DNA of 64,000 nt from positions 218,798,001 through 218,862,000 of the forward strand of contig NC_091469.1 of NCBI RefSeq assembly GCF_036971445.1. The letters are read 5' to 3'. Below, in pieces: positions 12,678 to 24,112 of this stretch (positions are counted from its first letter, which is position 1; each line of letters opens with the position of its first letter). Origin of the DNA: Narcine bancroftii. Taxonomy: Eukaryota. The translations under genes and the position numbers were made by a program. The notes under the pieces are model-generated. The model saw only the letters and a list, made by a program, of their open reading frames with translations. It did no database searches and was not told where the DNA came from.

Positions 12678-13054
12678 ACAGAGGAGTAAAACACAAAGTC
12701 TGTGGACACCGTGATTGTAGTAAAAACACAATGCTGAAGAAACTCAGCAGGTCAAACAGTGGACTTTATATAGCAAAGATAAAGATACATAACCAACATT
12801 TCAGACTTGAGCCCTTCATCAAGGTATGATCAAAATGTAGCTAGGTACCTGAATAATATGGTGGGGTGTTGGGGTTGGGGGGGGGTGGGAGAGAAAAGAG
12901 CAAAGACAGGAGGTAATAGGTGGATAAGAGAGGGAAGGCACAACAGTAAACAATGGAGAGGGAAGGGGATGGAGACCTGGCTATGTACTTTATCTTTGCT
13001 ACATTAAGTACCCTGTTTGACCTGCTGAGTTTCTCCAGCCTTGTGTTTTTACCA
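12678..13054. mobile_element. Penelope-derived element with inverted termini
   Basis: AAAAACACAATGCTGAAGAAACTCAGCAGGTCAAACAG is mirrored by CTGTTTGACCTGCTGAGTTTCTCCAGCCTTGTGTTTTT. Hammerhead-like core at 12793-12824 (-). Confidence 0.7.
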
Positions 13055-14339
13055 TTCTTCTTTGGCTTGGCTTCGCGGAAGAAGATTTATGGAGGGGGTA
13101 AAAAGTCCACGTCAGCTGCAGGCTTGTTTGTGGCTGACAAGTCCGATGCGGGACAGGCAGACACGATTGCAGCGGTTGCAAGGGAAAATTTGTTGGTTGG
13201 GGTTGGGTGTTGGGTTTTTCCTCCTTTGCCTTTTGTCAGTGAGGTAGGCTCTGCGGTCTTCTTCAAAGGAGGTTGCAGCCCGCCAAACTGTGAGGCGCCA
13301 AGATGCACGGTTTGAGGCGTTATCAGCCCACTGGCGGTGGTCAATGTGGCAGGCACCAAGAGATTTCTTTAGGCAGTCCTTGTACCTTTTCTTTGGTGCA
13401 CCTCTGTCACGGTGGCCAGTGGAGAGCTCGCCATATAACACGATCTTGGGAAGGCGATGGTCCTCCATTCTGGAGACGTGACCCATCCAGCGCAGCTGGA
13501 TCTTCAGCAGCGTGGACTCGATGCTGTCGACCTCTGCCATCTCGAGTACTTCGACGTTAGGGGTGTAAGCGCTCCAATGGATGTTGAGGATGGAGCGGAG
13601 ACAACGCTGGTGGAAGCGTTCTAGGAGCCGTAGGTGGTGCCGGTAGAGGACCCATGATTCGGAGCCGAACAGGAGTGTGGGTATGACGACGGCTCTGTAT
13701 ACGCTTATCTTTGTGAGGTTTTTCAGTTGGTTGTTTTTCCAGACTCTTTTGTGTAGTCTTCCAAAGGCGCTATTTGCCTTGGCGAGACTGTTGTCTATCT
13801 CATTGTCGATCCTTGCATCTGATGAAATGGTGCAGCCGAGATAGGTAAACTGGTTGACAGTTTTGAGTTTTGTGTGCCCGATGGAGATGTGGGGGGGCTG
13901 GTAGTCATGGTGGGGAGCTGGCTGATGGAGGACCTCAGTTTTCTTCAGGCTGACTTCCAGGCCAAACATTTTGGCAGTTTCCGCAAAGCAGGACGTCAAG
14001 CGCTGAAGAGCTGGCTCTGACTGGGCAACTAAAGCGGCATCATCTGCAAAGAGTAGTTCACGGACAAGTTTCTCTTGTGTCTTGGTGTGAGCTTGCAGGC
14101 GCCTCAGATTGAAGAGACTGCCATCCGTGCGGTACCGGATGTAAACAGCGTCTTCATTGTTGGGGTCTTTCATGGCTTGGTTCAGCATCATGCTGAAGAA
14201 GATTGAAAAGAGGGTTGGTGTGAGAACACAGCCTTGCTTCACGCCATTGTTAATGGAGAAGGGTTCAGCGAGCTCATTGCTGTATCTGACCCGACCTTGT
14301 TGGTTTTCGTGCAGTTGGATAATCATGTTGAGGAACTTT
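13055..14339 (-). mobile_element. RTE-clade LINE, 5'-truncated, subfamily A; open 404-aa RT C-terminal frame (13112-14326)
   Basis: GVKQGCVL, LLFADD, QFTYLG and the terminal CxxC...SRIGLVSH zinc knuckle, with a (GAA)n tail. Confidence 0.95.
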
Positions 14340-14344
14340 TGACA

Positions 14345-15110
14345 TTGACATCAAGGCATCCAGGTAAACCTGATTAGTGGCCAACAAATGCAAGACCCTG
14401 CAGAGGCTAGAATCACACCTTGGACAAAGAGAAAGATGGATGCGATTGTCCAAAGCCATTCATCCTCTGTCCCAAGACAGCATAGTAGGACTGTTCTTTA
14501 ACCATTTTAACCCTTTCCTACAATCATAAGGAGTTGGGGATGTTTCCCAATATTTCATTCTATTTGTGACTTCATGCCTGGATGCAGCAAAACATAGACA
14601 AGTGGCAAGTAATATTTATCCCCCAAAAGGGCCAGGAAATGACCATCACCAACAGAATGTCTAACTACCTACCCTTGATATTCACAGAGTTCCCCTCCGT
14701 TGCTCTCATGGGGGTCACTATTAATTAGAAGCTCATTTGGTCATTCATAATGCATGGCTGAGGCTGGTTGACTTGTCTCCTGGCATCTCACATCTTTCCA
14801 CCATCTGAAACCCATCAAGAATTTGATGGAATGCTCACTGTGCTCTTTGATGGGTGCAGCTCCAGGACAAATCAGCCAGCATTACTGGCACTCCGTTAGT
14901 CACATAAACATTCATTCCCTCCACCATTGACACCCAGGAAATATATACCTAAATACTTAATCTATAAAATCCACTACAGTCACTCATGCGGGCTACTCTG
15001 TCAGAACCTCCAAAATCCTTTGCCTCCCCAAGGAAAAGGACGCACAGGTGTGTACGAACACCTCCAGCTTCCCATCCAAATCACGACCTTCCTGACTCGG
15101 AGATTGATCA
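14345..15110 (+). mobile_element. Old L2/CR1-group LINE fragments, continuing from ~12620-12677
   Basis: An FDQV*HQG...LESHL RT motif is split by the 12678-14344 insertion; a WQVIF motif follows downstream. Confidence 0.5.
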
Positions 15111-15184
15111 CCGATATTCTAGGAGGACAGTCCTACCCTGAACTTCTCATCCCACAGCAACTGAAGCAGTGTTTTCACAGGAAT

Positions 15185-15452
15185 GATAAGTCATCCACGC
15201 TCCTGTCGGGCAAGAGGTGCAAGAGTATCAGGGCTGGCACCACCAGTCTGAGGAACACCTTCTTCCCACAGGCAGTGAGAATGCTGAATGGCTCAAACTA
15301 ACCATCTGAGACTCTCAGATGCACAAAACAATATTTATTTATTTGTACATATGAAATACTTGTCATGTATATGTATTATGTGTCTATGTGTGTCCTCAAG
15401 TTTTGGACCGAGGATCGGTTGTACCTGTGCAATCAGATGACAATAAACTTGA
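15185..15452 (+). mobile_element. Rex1/Babar LINE 3' end
   Basis: LLSGKRCKSIRAGTTSLRNTFFPQAVRMLN plus GACAATAAACTTGAC; homologous to 17425-17760 (-). Confidence 0.8.
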
Positions 15453-17424
15453 CTATGTACAGATGCATGGAAATTCTTCCTGCCGTACATCCAAGCAGCT
15501 GCACATAAAGAAAGATTATAATTGAATTACATTAAAAAATAGACAATTAATTCACAAGGGGTTCAAATGGGTGGCACGGGCTTGTGGGCCGAAAAGTCCT
15601 GTTACTGTGTCTAAAGTTTTTATTAAATTAAAAAAATTAAAAATGTAATTTAAATAGATAATACATATTCACAGTGATCCCAGTGCAAAGAAAAAATTAA
15701 CTTGCCATAATGCAGACAGTCCTTTTGTGTGTTTGGAACAGTGTATATATTTAAATGTTAGGTTTCTATTGTCCTTTGTAATGGAGAATTCCACAAGTTC
15801 ACCCTTCTTTTGCTGAAGAAATGTCATTCAAAAACGGCAAACCCTATATCCTGACTCTGGTCCTGGACTCCCTTGCTATCAGGAAGATGTCGGGGTTCTT
15901 CTCTCCTCCACTGAATGCAAGCTTAACTAATCCAATCTCTAGACATACCTGTTCTCCAATCACAGAAAGCAATTCAGTAAACAAATCCTTAATGGCACAA
16001 ATGCACCTTTTCAGATAAGGAGACCAAAACTGTCTGTTGCAGCAGGGCTGCTTTCTGATCTGCCTGATGCATCTGAGCAATTGCTTTCTTAACCTGACTT
16101 CAAAATAATTTTAACCCTCAGGCATTTTCTTTTTCCTGATAATGTTGTATTCCTCCTCATAGGATCCAAAACTATTCCTAATTTCCTTTGTAAGCCATGA
16201 CTGATCCCTCTCTTCCAATTTGCCCATTCCTGCCTGGCATGAAAATAGTTGATGCATTCTTTAAATATAGCCGGTTGAAATCCACTGCCAGCCCACGTAG
16301 GACAGTTTGTGATCGAGCCTGCCAATTCATGTCTAGTAACCCTTGTATGAGCACAGTTAAAATAAGAGGGGCATGCTCACACAATATGCAACTTGTCACC
16401 AGAAGAGATTACAGAATGAGGAAGAGGTTGTCTGTGAGGAAAAGGATTGGGCCTGAGCCACTGGGACCACTTTCAGTGGCCTCCAGCCACAAATTCTGTG
16501 CTGAGTGAGTCCGAAAATGCAGAGCAGCCAGTACCCTCTATCGCCAAATGTATAACTGGCAGACTTTGTCATCCTCCTGCTGTTGTTTATCTGCCCACCT
16601 TCTCCAATAAGAGGGAGGAAAGCTTTCGAGTTCGTTGCCATATGTTTGGTCATTGTGCCTGTTTGGGCTGAACAGCTGAGAATGCATGCCAGCGATGAGA
16701 TGGGAGCTTGAGTTTTGGAGTAGTGCATAGTGGTTGAACGTGTGGCACGACATACAAGTGTTAGGATGGAATAGTGATTGATTGTGTCTATTGTTAGTTG
16801 AGTGGTGGAAGTTTGCCTCATGGGATAGTGTGTTTGGCTAATTTCGCCAAACTGACCTCCCTCTTGCAATGAAACTTCCCGACACCACCACTAAACCCTT
16901 TCATGTCCATGACTTTGCCAGTGAACATCTCCCCGTTCAGCTTCTTCATGAATCTGGAGTCCTTCCTCAGATAATTGGTCATGCATTGAAATCTACATCT
17001 ATGGGAATTACAATCTAGAAGTATAGAATTAATACATTTATCAGGTGAAAGAAACTAAAAGCCGAACATTCTGGTGATGCTCGGCGGTCAGGTCTGATCA
17101 GGAGAGAGAAAAGCAAGATATTTCCGGTCAATGATCTTTCCTGAAACGTGGCAAAATTTGGAGTTCAATGAGTTGCAAGATGCAGAGAAAGGAAGAAGAG
17201 AAGAGTTTAAAAAGGAAAGGAAATAAAGCAAGAGGATGGATGGCAGGAAAGAGAAAATAAGTAATGTGAGTGATGGTGCAAGGGAGAAGGGGGTAGAGGG
17301 GGGAGTTAATAAAGACCAACAGGTTGATGTGAGACAGAAAAATAACCTGAATTTACCTGAAGAAACAAGAAATGTGAGAACAGGAAATGTAAACCCTGGA
17401 CTTGCTGATTGTTCAGTCAGGTGA

Positions 17425-18110
17425 ATTATACAATCACCATCTGATTGTACAAGTACAATGAAACAGCATTCTCTGGTCCTTGGTGCAAAACAGGGATTCA
17501 CACAACCAGACGTAACACACACACATACAGACAAACAATACATATGCAGGACACATATTTCAACAGATTAAATAAATAAATATTGTTTCAGGAACATGAG
17601 AGTCTTGGATGGTCAGTGTGAGCAGTTCCTTTGGTCGTTCGGCATTCTCACTGCCCGTGGGAAGAAACTATTCCCCAGCCTGGTGGTACTGGCTCTGATA
17701 CTCTTGTATCTCGTCCCTGATGGGAGCAGCTGAAAGATGCTGTGTGCAGGGTGGAAGGGGTCCTCAATGATTTTTGCGTGCCCTCTTCAGACAATGATCC
17801 TGATAGATCATGTCATTAGGATGGGGGAGAAGAAGAGGGAGACTCAGTGATTCTCTCTGCCACTCTTTTGGTCTGTGGATTGACCTCTGATCCATTTCAC
17901 TGCAGCAATCATACCACACTGTCATGCAGCCGGCCAGGACGCTCTCAATAGAGCTCCTGTAGAAGGTTGACAAAATGGTGGTTGGTAACCTTGCCCGTTT
18001 CAGTCTTCTCAGGAAGTGCAGTCGCTGTTGCACTTTCCTGATAAATGAGCAGATGCTGAGTGTCCACAATGGGTCACCAGTTAAGAGAACTCCAAGGTAA
18101 TTAAACATCA
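17425..18110 (-). mobile_element. Rex1/Babar LINE 3' portion
   Basis: FNYLGV...KVQQRLHFLRRLK...FYRSSIESVLAGCMTVWY. Confidence 0.88.
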
Positions 18111-18527
18111 TTGTGTCCGGAGAGCTGCAACTGGTTTAGTCAGAAAATTAAGCAATTTTCTTTTCTCTACATTGATCTACTCCACCTTTTATGACTCAGT
18201 CCTCATGTTTCACCTCCACCTAATTCACCAATCTCACATGGGGCCCCTCCCAGCCCTGTCCTCTCGAGTGGCTTCTCTATTACATTTCTCCAGTATCGAT
18301 AAAGACCTTGAGTTTGAAATGTTAACTATTCTTTTTTTCCTCCCATTTTAACTGTTTGACCCACCGAGTTCCCCTAGGGGAGGCTGCCAAGGAACACCAG
18401 GTGCTGTAGGTTTCTGTGAGGGGAGCTGGACAAAGTGGTGACTCTTAATCTGCCTACGGTAGACAAAAGTTAAAGAATTTCATGTACATTACATTCTAAA
18501 TGTAGTATTACGTGACAATAATGGAAC

Positions 18528-19173
18528 AGAGCCGTTGTCATACCCACACTCCTGTTCGGCTCCGAATCATGGGTCCTCTACCGGCACCACCTACGGCTCC
18601 TAGAACGCATCCACCAGCGTTGTCTCCGCTCCATCCTCAACATCCATTGGAGCGCTTTCATCCCTAACGTCGAAGTACTCGAGATGGCAGAGGTCGACAG
18701 CATCGAGTCCACGCTGCTGAAGATCCAGCTGCGCTGGATGGGTCACGTCTCCAGAATGGAGGACCATCGCCTTCCCAAGATCGTGTTATATGGCGAGCTC
18801 TCCACTGGCCACCATGACAGAGGTGCACCAAAGAAAAGGTACAAGGACTGCCTAAAGAAATCTCTTGGTGCCTGCCACATTGACCACCGCCAGTGGGCTG
18901 ATAACGCCTCAAACCGTGCATCTTGGCGCCTCACAGTTTGGCGGGCAGCAACCTCCTTTGAAGAAGACCGCAGAGCCCACCTCACTGACAAAAGGCAAAG
19001 GAGGAAAAACCCAACACCCAACCCCAACCAACCAATTTTCCCCTGCAACCGTGTCTGCCTGTCCCGCATCGGACTTGTCAGCCACAAACGAGCCTGCAGC
19101 TGACGTGGACTTTTTACCCCCTCCATAAATCTTCGTCCGCAAAGCCAAGCCAAAGATGAGATGAAGAAGAAAG
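18528..19173 (+). mobile_element. RTE-clade LINE, 5'-truncated, subfamily A
   Basis: Near-identical to the other copies. 8-bp TSD AATGGAAC (18520-18527, 19174-19181). Confidence 0.93.
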
Positions 19174-19319
19174 AATGGAACCTTCACCCCGAGCAGAGTG
19201 TGCTTGGCTTCAGATTCCAGTATCGGTGGTCTCCTGTACATCTCCATTGTTCCCTTGTGTTGTGCAGCAGTTGCTGGTATTTTCATAGCACATGTATTGT
19301 AAATCCTGACAATTGATGT

Positions 19320-19720
19320 AGCATAGAACCCTGCATCACAGTACAGGCCCTTCACCCCTCAATGTTGTGCTGACCCATATATTCCTTTAAAAATTACTAA
19401 ACCCTCCCTTCCTTATATTTTTCTTCCATCCATGTGCCTGTCTAAGAGCTTTTTAAATATCCTTAATATTTTAGCCTCCACCACCATCCCTGGCAAGGCA
19501 TTCCAGGTACACACAACTCTCTAAGGTCTCCCCTAAACTTCCCTCCCTTCACTTTTTACACATGTCCTCTGGTGTTTGCCATTCCTGTCCTGGGAAACAG
19601 GTGCTGGCTGTTCACCTTGTATGTCTCTCATAAAACATGTAGACCCCTGTTAAATCTCCTCTCATCCTTTTATGGTCCAAAGTAAAAGGTCCCAGCTCTG
19701 TTAACCTTGCCCCATAGAAC
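19320..19720 (-). mobile_element. CR1 LINE 3' fragment
   Basis: Reverse complement of the CR1 3' end (CATAGAAC...TCCCTGGCAAGGCATTCCA...CCCCTAAACTT). Confidence 0.7.
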
Positions 19721-21170
19721 TAAGCACAAGAATCTAAGCCAAAAGAACCCAAATCTTCTCCACCCCTACGATCTTAATTTCTCATGTCAAGTTATAGAAT
19801 TCACGGACTTTTTACTTTCTAAATTGGAGGCTGCTCTTTTGCATGACACTACAGCCTCTCACTGTTCTCTGACCTCATAACACATTTTGACTTTTCCTGT
19901 TGCCCTCAGACTCACCTCTTCCAGGCCATTTTACTAAGTCTGTCCAAATGTGATAGATTTCTATCCACTTTCATAAACAGACACAATTTTTTTTTAAATG
20001 GAATCTTGATTTTAAATATCTCCTCTAAAGTTTTGTTAATTTCTGATGGTGCCCTTTTCTGAAATCTCTGAGAGTTTCATCACAAAATATACAGTTGTTT
20101 TTATAACCTAGTTTTAGTCAGTTACATTTCTCGCAATAGAGGAAAAACAAAATTTAAATACAGTAAATACAGCAACTTGATACACCAGCTCTTTTGTACT
20201 GATTTACTTTATCCCAAAATATTCTGAGGGCTGCTTTGATACCAATAGATTCTGTTTCACTGGAGATCTAAAACTGGGGTCTGAATCTACTGTCAATCAA
20301 TTCCAAGAACAGCTAACACATGGAAGAACATTAAGTGGACAAGTCTGTGCTGAAACATTCTATACTTCTGAAACATCCTTGTTTTATGATGTGGTGCAAG
20401 TGAGTCACAGTGTTGATTAGGTTCCTAAACCAGATCAAACCGGTTATGTTTACTCAAGTTATGGGCTTGGGTGTCTGTGTAACAGTGTCTTATCTACTCT
20501 CAACAGCAGTGTACTTGAAAACTAGAAGTTTGCAGTACACCCTATTTTACGCTCACGGTTCATTTTGACCCAATAAATGTATGTTTACTACTTTGAATAC
20601 TTTGAAATAACAATTCCTTGAAAGGCAACGTCTCAAAAGTTATTACCGAAACTTGTTAGGCAAGAAAAGCACCCGTTTTTTAGAACAATGTTGTTTCATT
20701 GTATCAAAGGGGCAACGTCTGTGGTGAAATGCCTTTAGGCTGCTGTTTTAGCTTTGGACCAATTACTTTCCATGACAAACGGCAGATTAATGACAAGCGC
20801 GAGTCCATCATTTATCATTGCCATATTAAAGAGGTAAAAAGGCTGATGTTTAGTCTGCACTACCTACAGGAGATTTCACCAGCCAAGAAAGGAATGTGGA
20901 AATTCAGATAGCATTCAGGGCAAGCAAGTTCCCAGCCAGAAGTGAACACTGAATAATTTGTTCCTCTAGATCAGGGGTGTCAAACTCAAATTCACAGAGG
21001 GCCAAAATTAAAAACTTGGACTAAGTCGTGGGACAAACTAAATATTGAATGAAAATTTTCAACAACATCTGCATGTTTTCTCTTCTTTTAACATATATAA
21101 TGCTAAACTTTTTCTTATTAAAATAAATGTTTTAATAATAGTTTTGGTTAAACTCTTTCCAGAAGAAGCA

Positions 21171-23216
21171 TTAACAAATTAGAAATAAAATATTCAATAA
21201 ATAATATTTCTCTATAGCCTTTCTTTCTTTGGCTTGGCTTTGCGGACGAAGATTTATGGAGGGGGTAAAAAGTCCACGCCAGCTGCAGGCTCGTTTGTGG
21301 CTGACAAGTACGATGCGGGACAGGCAGACACGATTGCAGCGGTTGCAGGGGAAAATTGGTTGGTTGGGGTTGGGTGTTGGGTTTTTCCTCCTTTGCCTTT
21401 TGTCAGTGAGGTGGGCTCTGCGGTCTTCTTCAAAGGAGGTTGCTGCCCGCCAAACTGTGAGGCGCAAAGATGCACGGTTTGAGGCGTTATCAGCCCACTG
21501 GCGGTGGTCAATGTGGCAGGCACCAAGAGATTTCTTTAGGCAGTCCTTGTACCTTTTCTTTGGTGCACCTCTGTCACGGTGGCCAGTGGAGAGCTCGCCA
21601 TATAACACGATCTTGGGAAGGCGATGGTCCTCCATTCTGGAGACGTGACCCATCCAGCGCAGCTGGATCTTCAGCAGCGTGGACTCGATGCTGTCGACCT
21701 CTGCCATCTCGAGTACTTCGACGTTAGGGATGTAAGCGCTCCAATGGATGTTGAGGATGGAGCGGAGACAACGCTGGTGGAAGCGTTCTAGGAGCCGTAG
21801 GTGGTGCCGGTAGAGGACCCATGATTCGGAGCCGAACAGGAGTGTGGGTATGACAACGGCTCTGTATACGCTTATCTTTGTGAGGTTTTTCAGTTGGTTG
21901 TTTTTCCAGACTCTTTTGTGTAGTCTTCCAAAGGCGCTATTTGCCTTGGCGAGTCTGTTGTCTATCTCATTGTCGATCCTTGCATCTGATGAAATGGTGC
22001 AGCCGAGATAGGTAAACTGGTTGACCGTTTTGAGTTTTGTGTGCCCGATGGAGATGTGGGGGGGCTGGTAATCATGGTGGGGAGCTGGCTGATGGAGGAC
22101 CTCAGTTTTCTTCAGGCTGACTTCCAGGCCAAACATTTTGGCAGTTTCCGCAAAGCAGGACGTCAAGCGCTGAAGAGCTGGCTCTGAATGGGCAACTAAA
22201 GCGGCATCGTCTGCAAAGAGTAGTTCACGGACAAGTTTCTCTTGTGTCTTGGTGTGAGCTTGCAGGCGCCTCAGATTGAAGAGACTGCCATCCGTGCGGT
22301 ACCGGATGTAAACAGCGTCTTCATTGTTGGGGTCTTTCATGGCTTGGTTCAGCATCATGCTGAAGAAGATTGAAAAGAGGGTTGGTGCGAGAACACAGCC
22401 TTGCTTCACGCCATTGTTAATGGAGAAGGGTTCAGAGAGCTCATTGCTGTATCTGACCCGACCTTGTTGGTTTTCGTGCAGTTGGATGATCATGTTGAGG
22501 AACTTTGGGGGACATCTGATGCGCTCTAGTATTTGCCAAAGCCCTTTCCTGCTCATGGTGTCGAAGGCTTTGGTGAGGTCAACAAAGGTGATGTAGAGTC
22601 CTTTGTTTTGTTCTCTGCACTTTTCTTGGAGCTGTCTGAGGGCAAAGACCATGTCAGTAGTTCCTCTGTTTGCGCGAAAGCCGCACTGTGATTCTGGGAG
22701 AATATTCTCGGCGACACTAGGTATTATTCTATTTAGTAGAATCCTAGCGAAGATTTTGCCTGCAATGGAGAGCAACGTGATTCCCCTGTAGTTTGAGCAG
22801 TCTGATTTCTCGCCTTTGTTTTTGTACAGGGTGATGATGGTGGCATCACGAAGATCCTGAGGCAGTTTACCTTGGTCCCAACAAAGCTTGAAAAACTCAT
22901 GCAGTTTGGCATGCAGAGTTTTGCCGCCAGCCTTCCAGACTTCTGGGGGGATTCCATCCATACCTGCTGCTTTGCCACTTTTCAGTTGTTCGATTGCCTT
23001 ATATGTCTCATCCAGGGTGGGAACCTCATCCAGCTCTAGCCTTAGGGGCTGTTGAGGGAGCTGGAGCAGGGCGGAATCTTGGACTGAGCGGTTGGCACTG
23101 AAAAGAGATTGGAAGTGTTCTGACCATCGGTTGAGGATGGAGATCTTGTCGCTGAGGAGGACTTTGCCGTCTGAGCTGCGCAGCGGGCTTTGGACTTGGG
23201 GTGAGGGGCCGTACAC
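21171..23216 (-). CDS. RTE reverse transcriptase frame (681 aa); lacks the endonuclease and native start, so probably not expressed
   Basis: KAAGMDGIPPE, NYRGITLLS, QCGFR, FVDLTKAFD, GVKQGCVLAP, LLFADD, YLG and a C-terminal CxxC-H motif, with no frameshift. Confidence 0.85.
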   Translation of the reverse strand: MYGPSPQVQSPLRSSDGKVLLSDKISILNRWSEHFQSLFSANRSVQDSALLQLPQQPLRLELDEVPTLDETYKAIEQLKSGKAAGMDGIPPEVWKAGGKTLHAKLHEFFKLCWDQGKLPQDLRDATIITLYKNKGEKSDCSNYRGITLLSIAGKIFARILLNRIIPSVAENILPESQCGFRANRGTTDMVFALRQLQEKCREQNKGLYITFVDLTKAFDTMSRKGLWQILERIRCPPKFLNMIIQLHENQQGRVRYSNELSEPFSINNGVKQGCVLAPTLFSIFFSMMLNQAMKDPNNEDAVYIRYRTDGSLFNLRRLQAHTKTQEKLVRELLFADDAALVAHSEPALQRLTSCFAETAKMFGLEVSLKKTEVLHQPAPHHDYQPPHISIGHTKLKTVNQFTYLGCTISSDARIDNEIDNRLAKANSAFGRLHKRVWKNNQLKNLTKISVYRAVVIPTLLFGSESWVLYRHHLRLLERFHQRCLRSILNIHWSAYIPNVEVLEMAEVDSIESTLLKIQLRWMGHVSRMEDHRLPKIVLYGELSTGHRDRGAPKKRYKDCLKKSLGACHIDHRQWADNASNRASLRLTVWRAATSFEEDRRAHLTDKRQRRKNPTPNPNQPIFPCNRCNRVCLSRIVLVSHKRACSWRGLFTPSINLRPQSQAKERKAIEKYYLLNILFLIC

Positions 23217-23243
23217 AGCCTTTAGAGCCTCGTAGAAACCCCT
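21221..23243 (-). mobile_element. RTE-clade LINE, 5'-truncated, subfamily A (longest copy)
   Basis: Complete RT domain. CCTTT direct repeat at both junctions (21218-21222, 23241-23245). Confidence 0.95.
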
Positions 23244-23694
23244 TTAAGCTCCTTTTAAATGTATTTTTTTTTCACAAGCCAACAAGTCAAAAAAATAACA
23301 ACTTGCTTCAATGACAAACAGGTTTGTCTTTTAAAATGATGAACATATACTCTGCCTCCCACCTGAGTTGAAAGGTCCTGTTTTCTGTCTTTCGTTTGGC
23401 CATTTTTCATCAGGGGTTTATTACATGTGAGTTAGGCGACAGGTCGCAGATGCTAATAAAGTAAAGAGAGGAGGTGGGGGCGATTAGTGGGCTGACGGGC
23501 CGGCACCAACGCATTTGCAAAGCATTCTGGGATTTGTAGTATTAGCTGTGCATGCGCTATACTGGCATGGCGGCCAGCGGGCCAGCTCTGATACGTATTT
23601 TATATGATCTTGCGGGCCAAATATAATTCTATCACAGGCCAAATTTGGCCCGCGGGCCTGAGTTTGACATGTGTGCTCTAGATTGTCAAATGAT

Positions 23695-24002
23695 GGTAAA
23701 AACACCGAACTGCTGGAGGGTCTCAGCTGGTCTATTCAGCATCTGTAGGAGACAAAAATATATTGCCAACATTCCGGGCCTGAGCCCTTCAAGGAGTGGT
23801 GGGGGGGGGGGGGGGGGAGATATCAGAAAAGGCAGAAGGATACATCAGAAAGTCTCAGAATTCAAAGAATGGGGGAGGAGGATTCCAGACCAATAATTGG
23901 ATGTGGTAAGGGACTAGGTGGAACTTGTCTGTGCGGAAAGAGACAAAAGCGGTGGGAAGATGCTTAACAAAAGCCAGAGCCGTCGATATTAATGCCATCC
24001 AG
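23695..24002 (-). mobile_element. Penelope-like element 3' end
   Basis: Minus strand DGINID..GF (PLE ORF C-terminus) followed by the CCTTGAAGGGCTCAGGCCCGGAATGTT terminal motif. Confidence 0.65.
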
Positions 24003-24112
24003 TGAAGGCATGGCTTTTCATATTATGATCCTGATCGTATTATGCAAAAGCTGCCAATATCATTATTTAGTGTACTTTCATCGAGATAAATAATGCTTAC
24101 ATTTTCTGAAAT

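Larger units (their letters stand above)
20972..23675. mobile_element. Non-autonomous hAT/Charlie-like transposon (~680 bp) carrying an inserted RTE
   Basis: TIRs CAGGGGTGTCAAACTC / GAGTTTGACATGTGTG. Perfect 8-bp TSD CTCTAGAT (20964-20971, 23676-23683), matching the Charlie NTCTAGAN target. Confidence 0.9.

Noticed and set aside
16197-16869. ORFs of 103-157 aa in non-repeat-looking sequence
   Set aside because: No recognisable domains; overlapping ORFs on both strands suggest chance.
21229-21727. Recurrent alternative-frame and antisense ORFs (MVPATLTT..., MHGLRRY...)
   Set aside because: They recur only because the RTE copies are nearly identical; there is no independent coding evidence.
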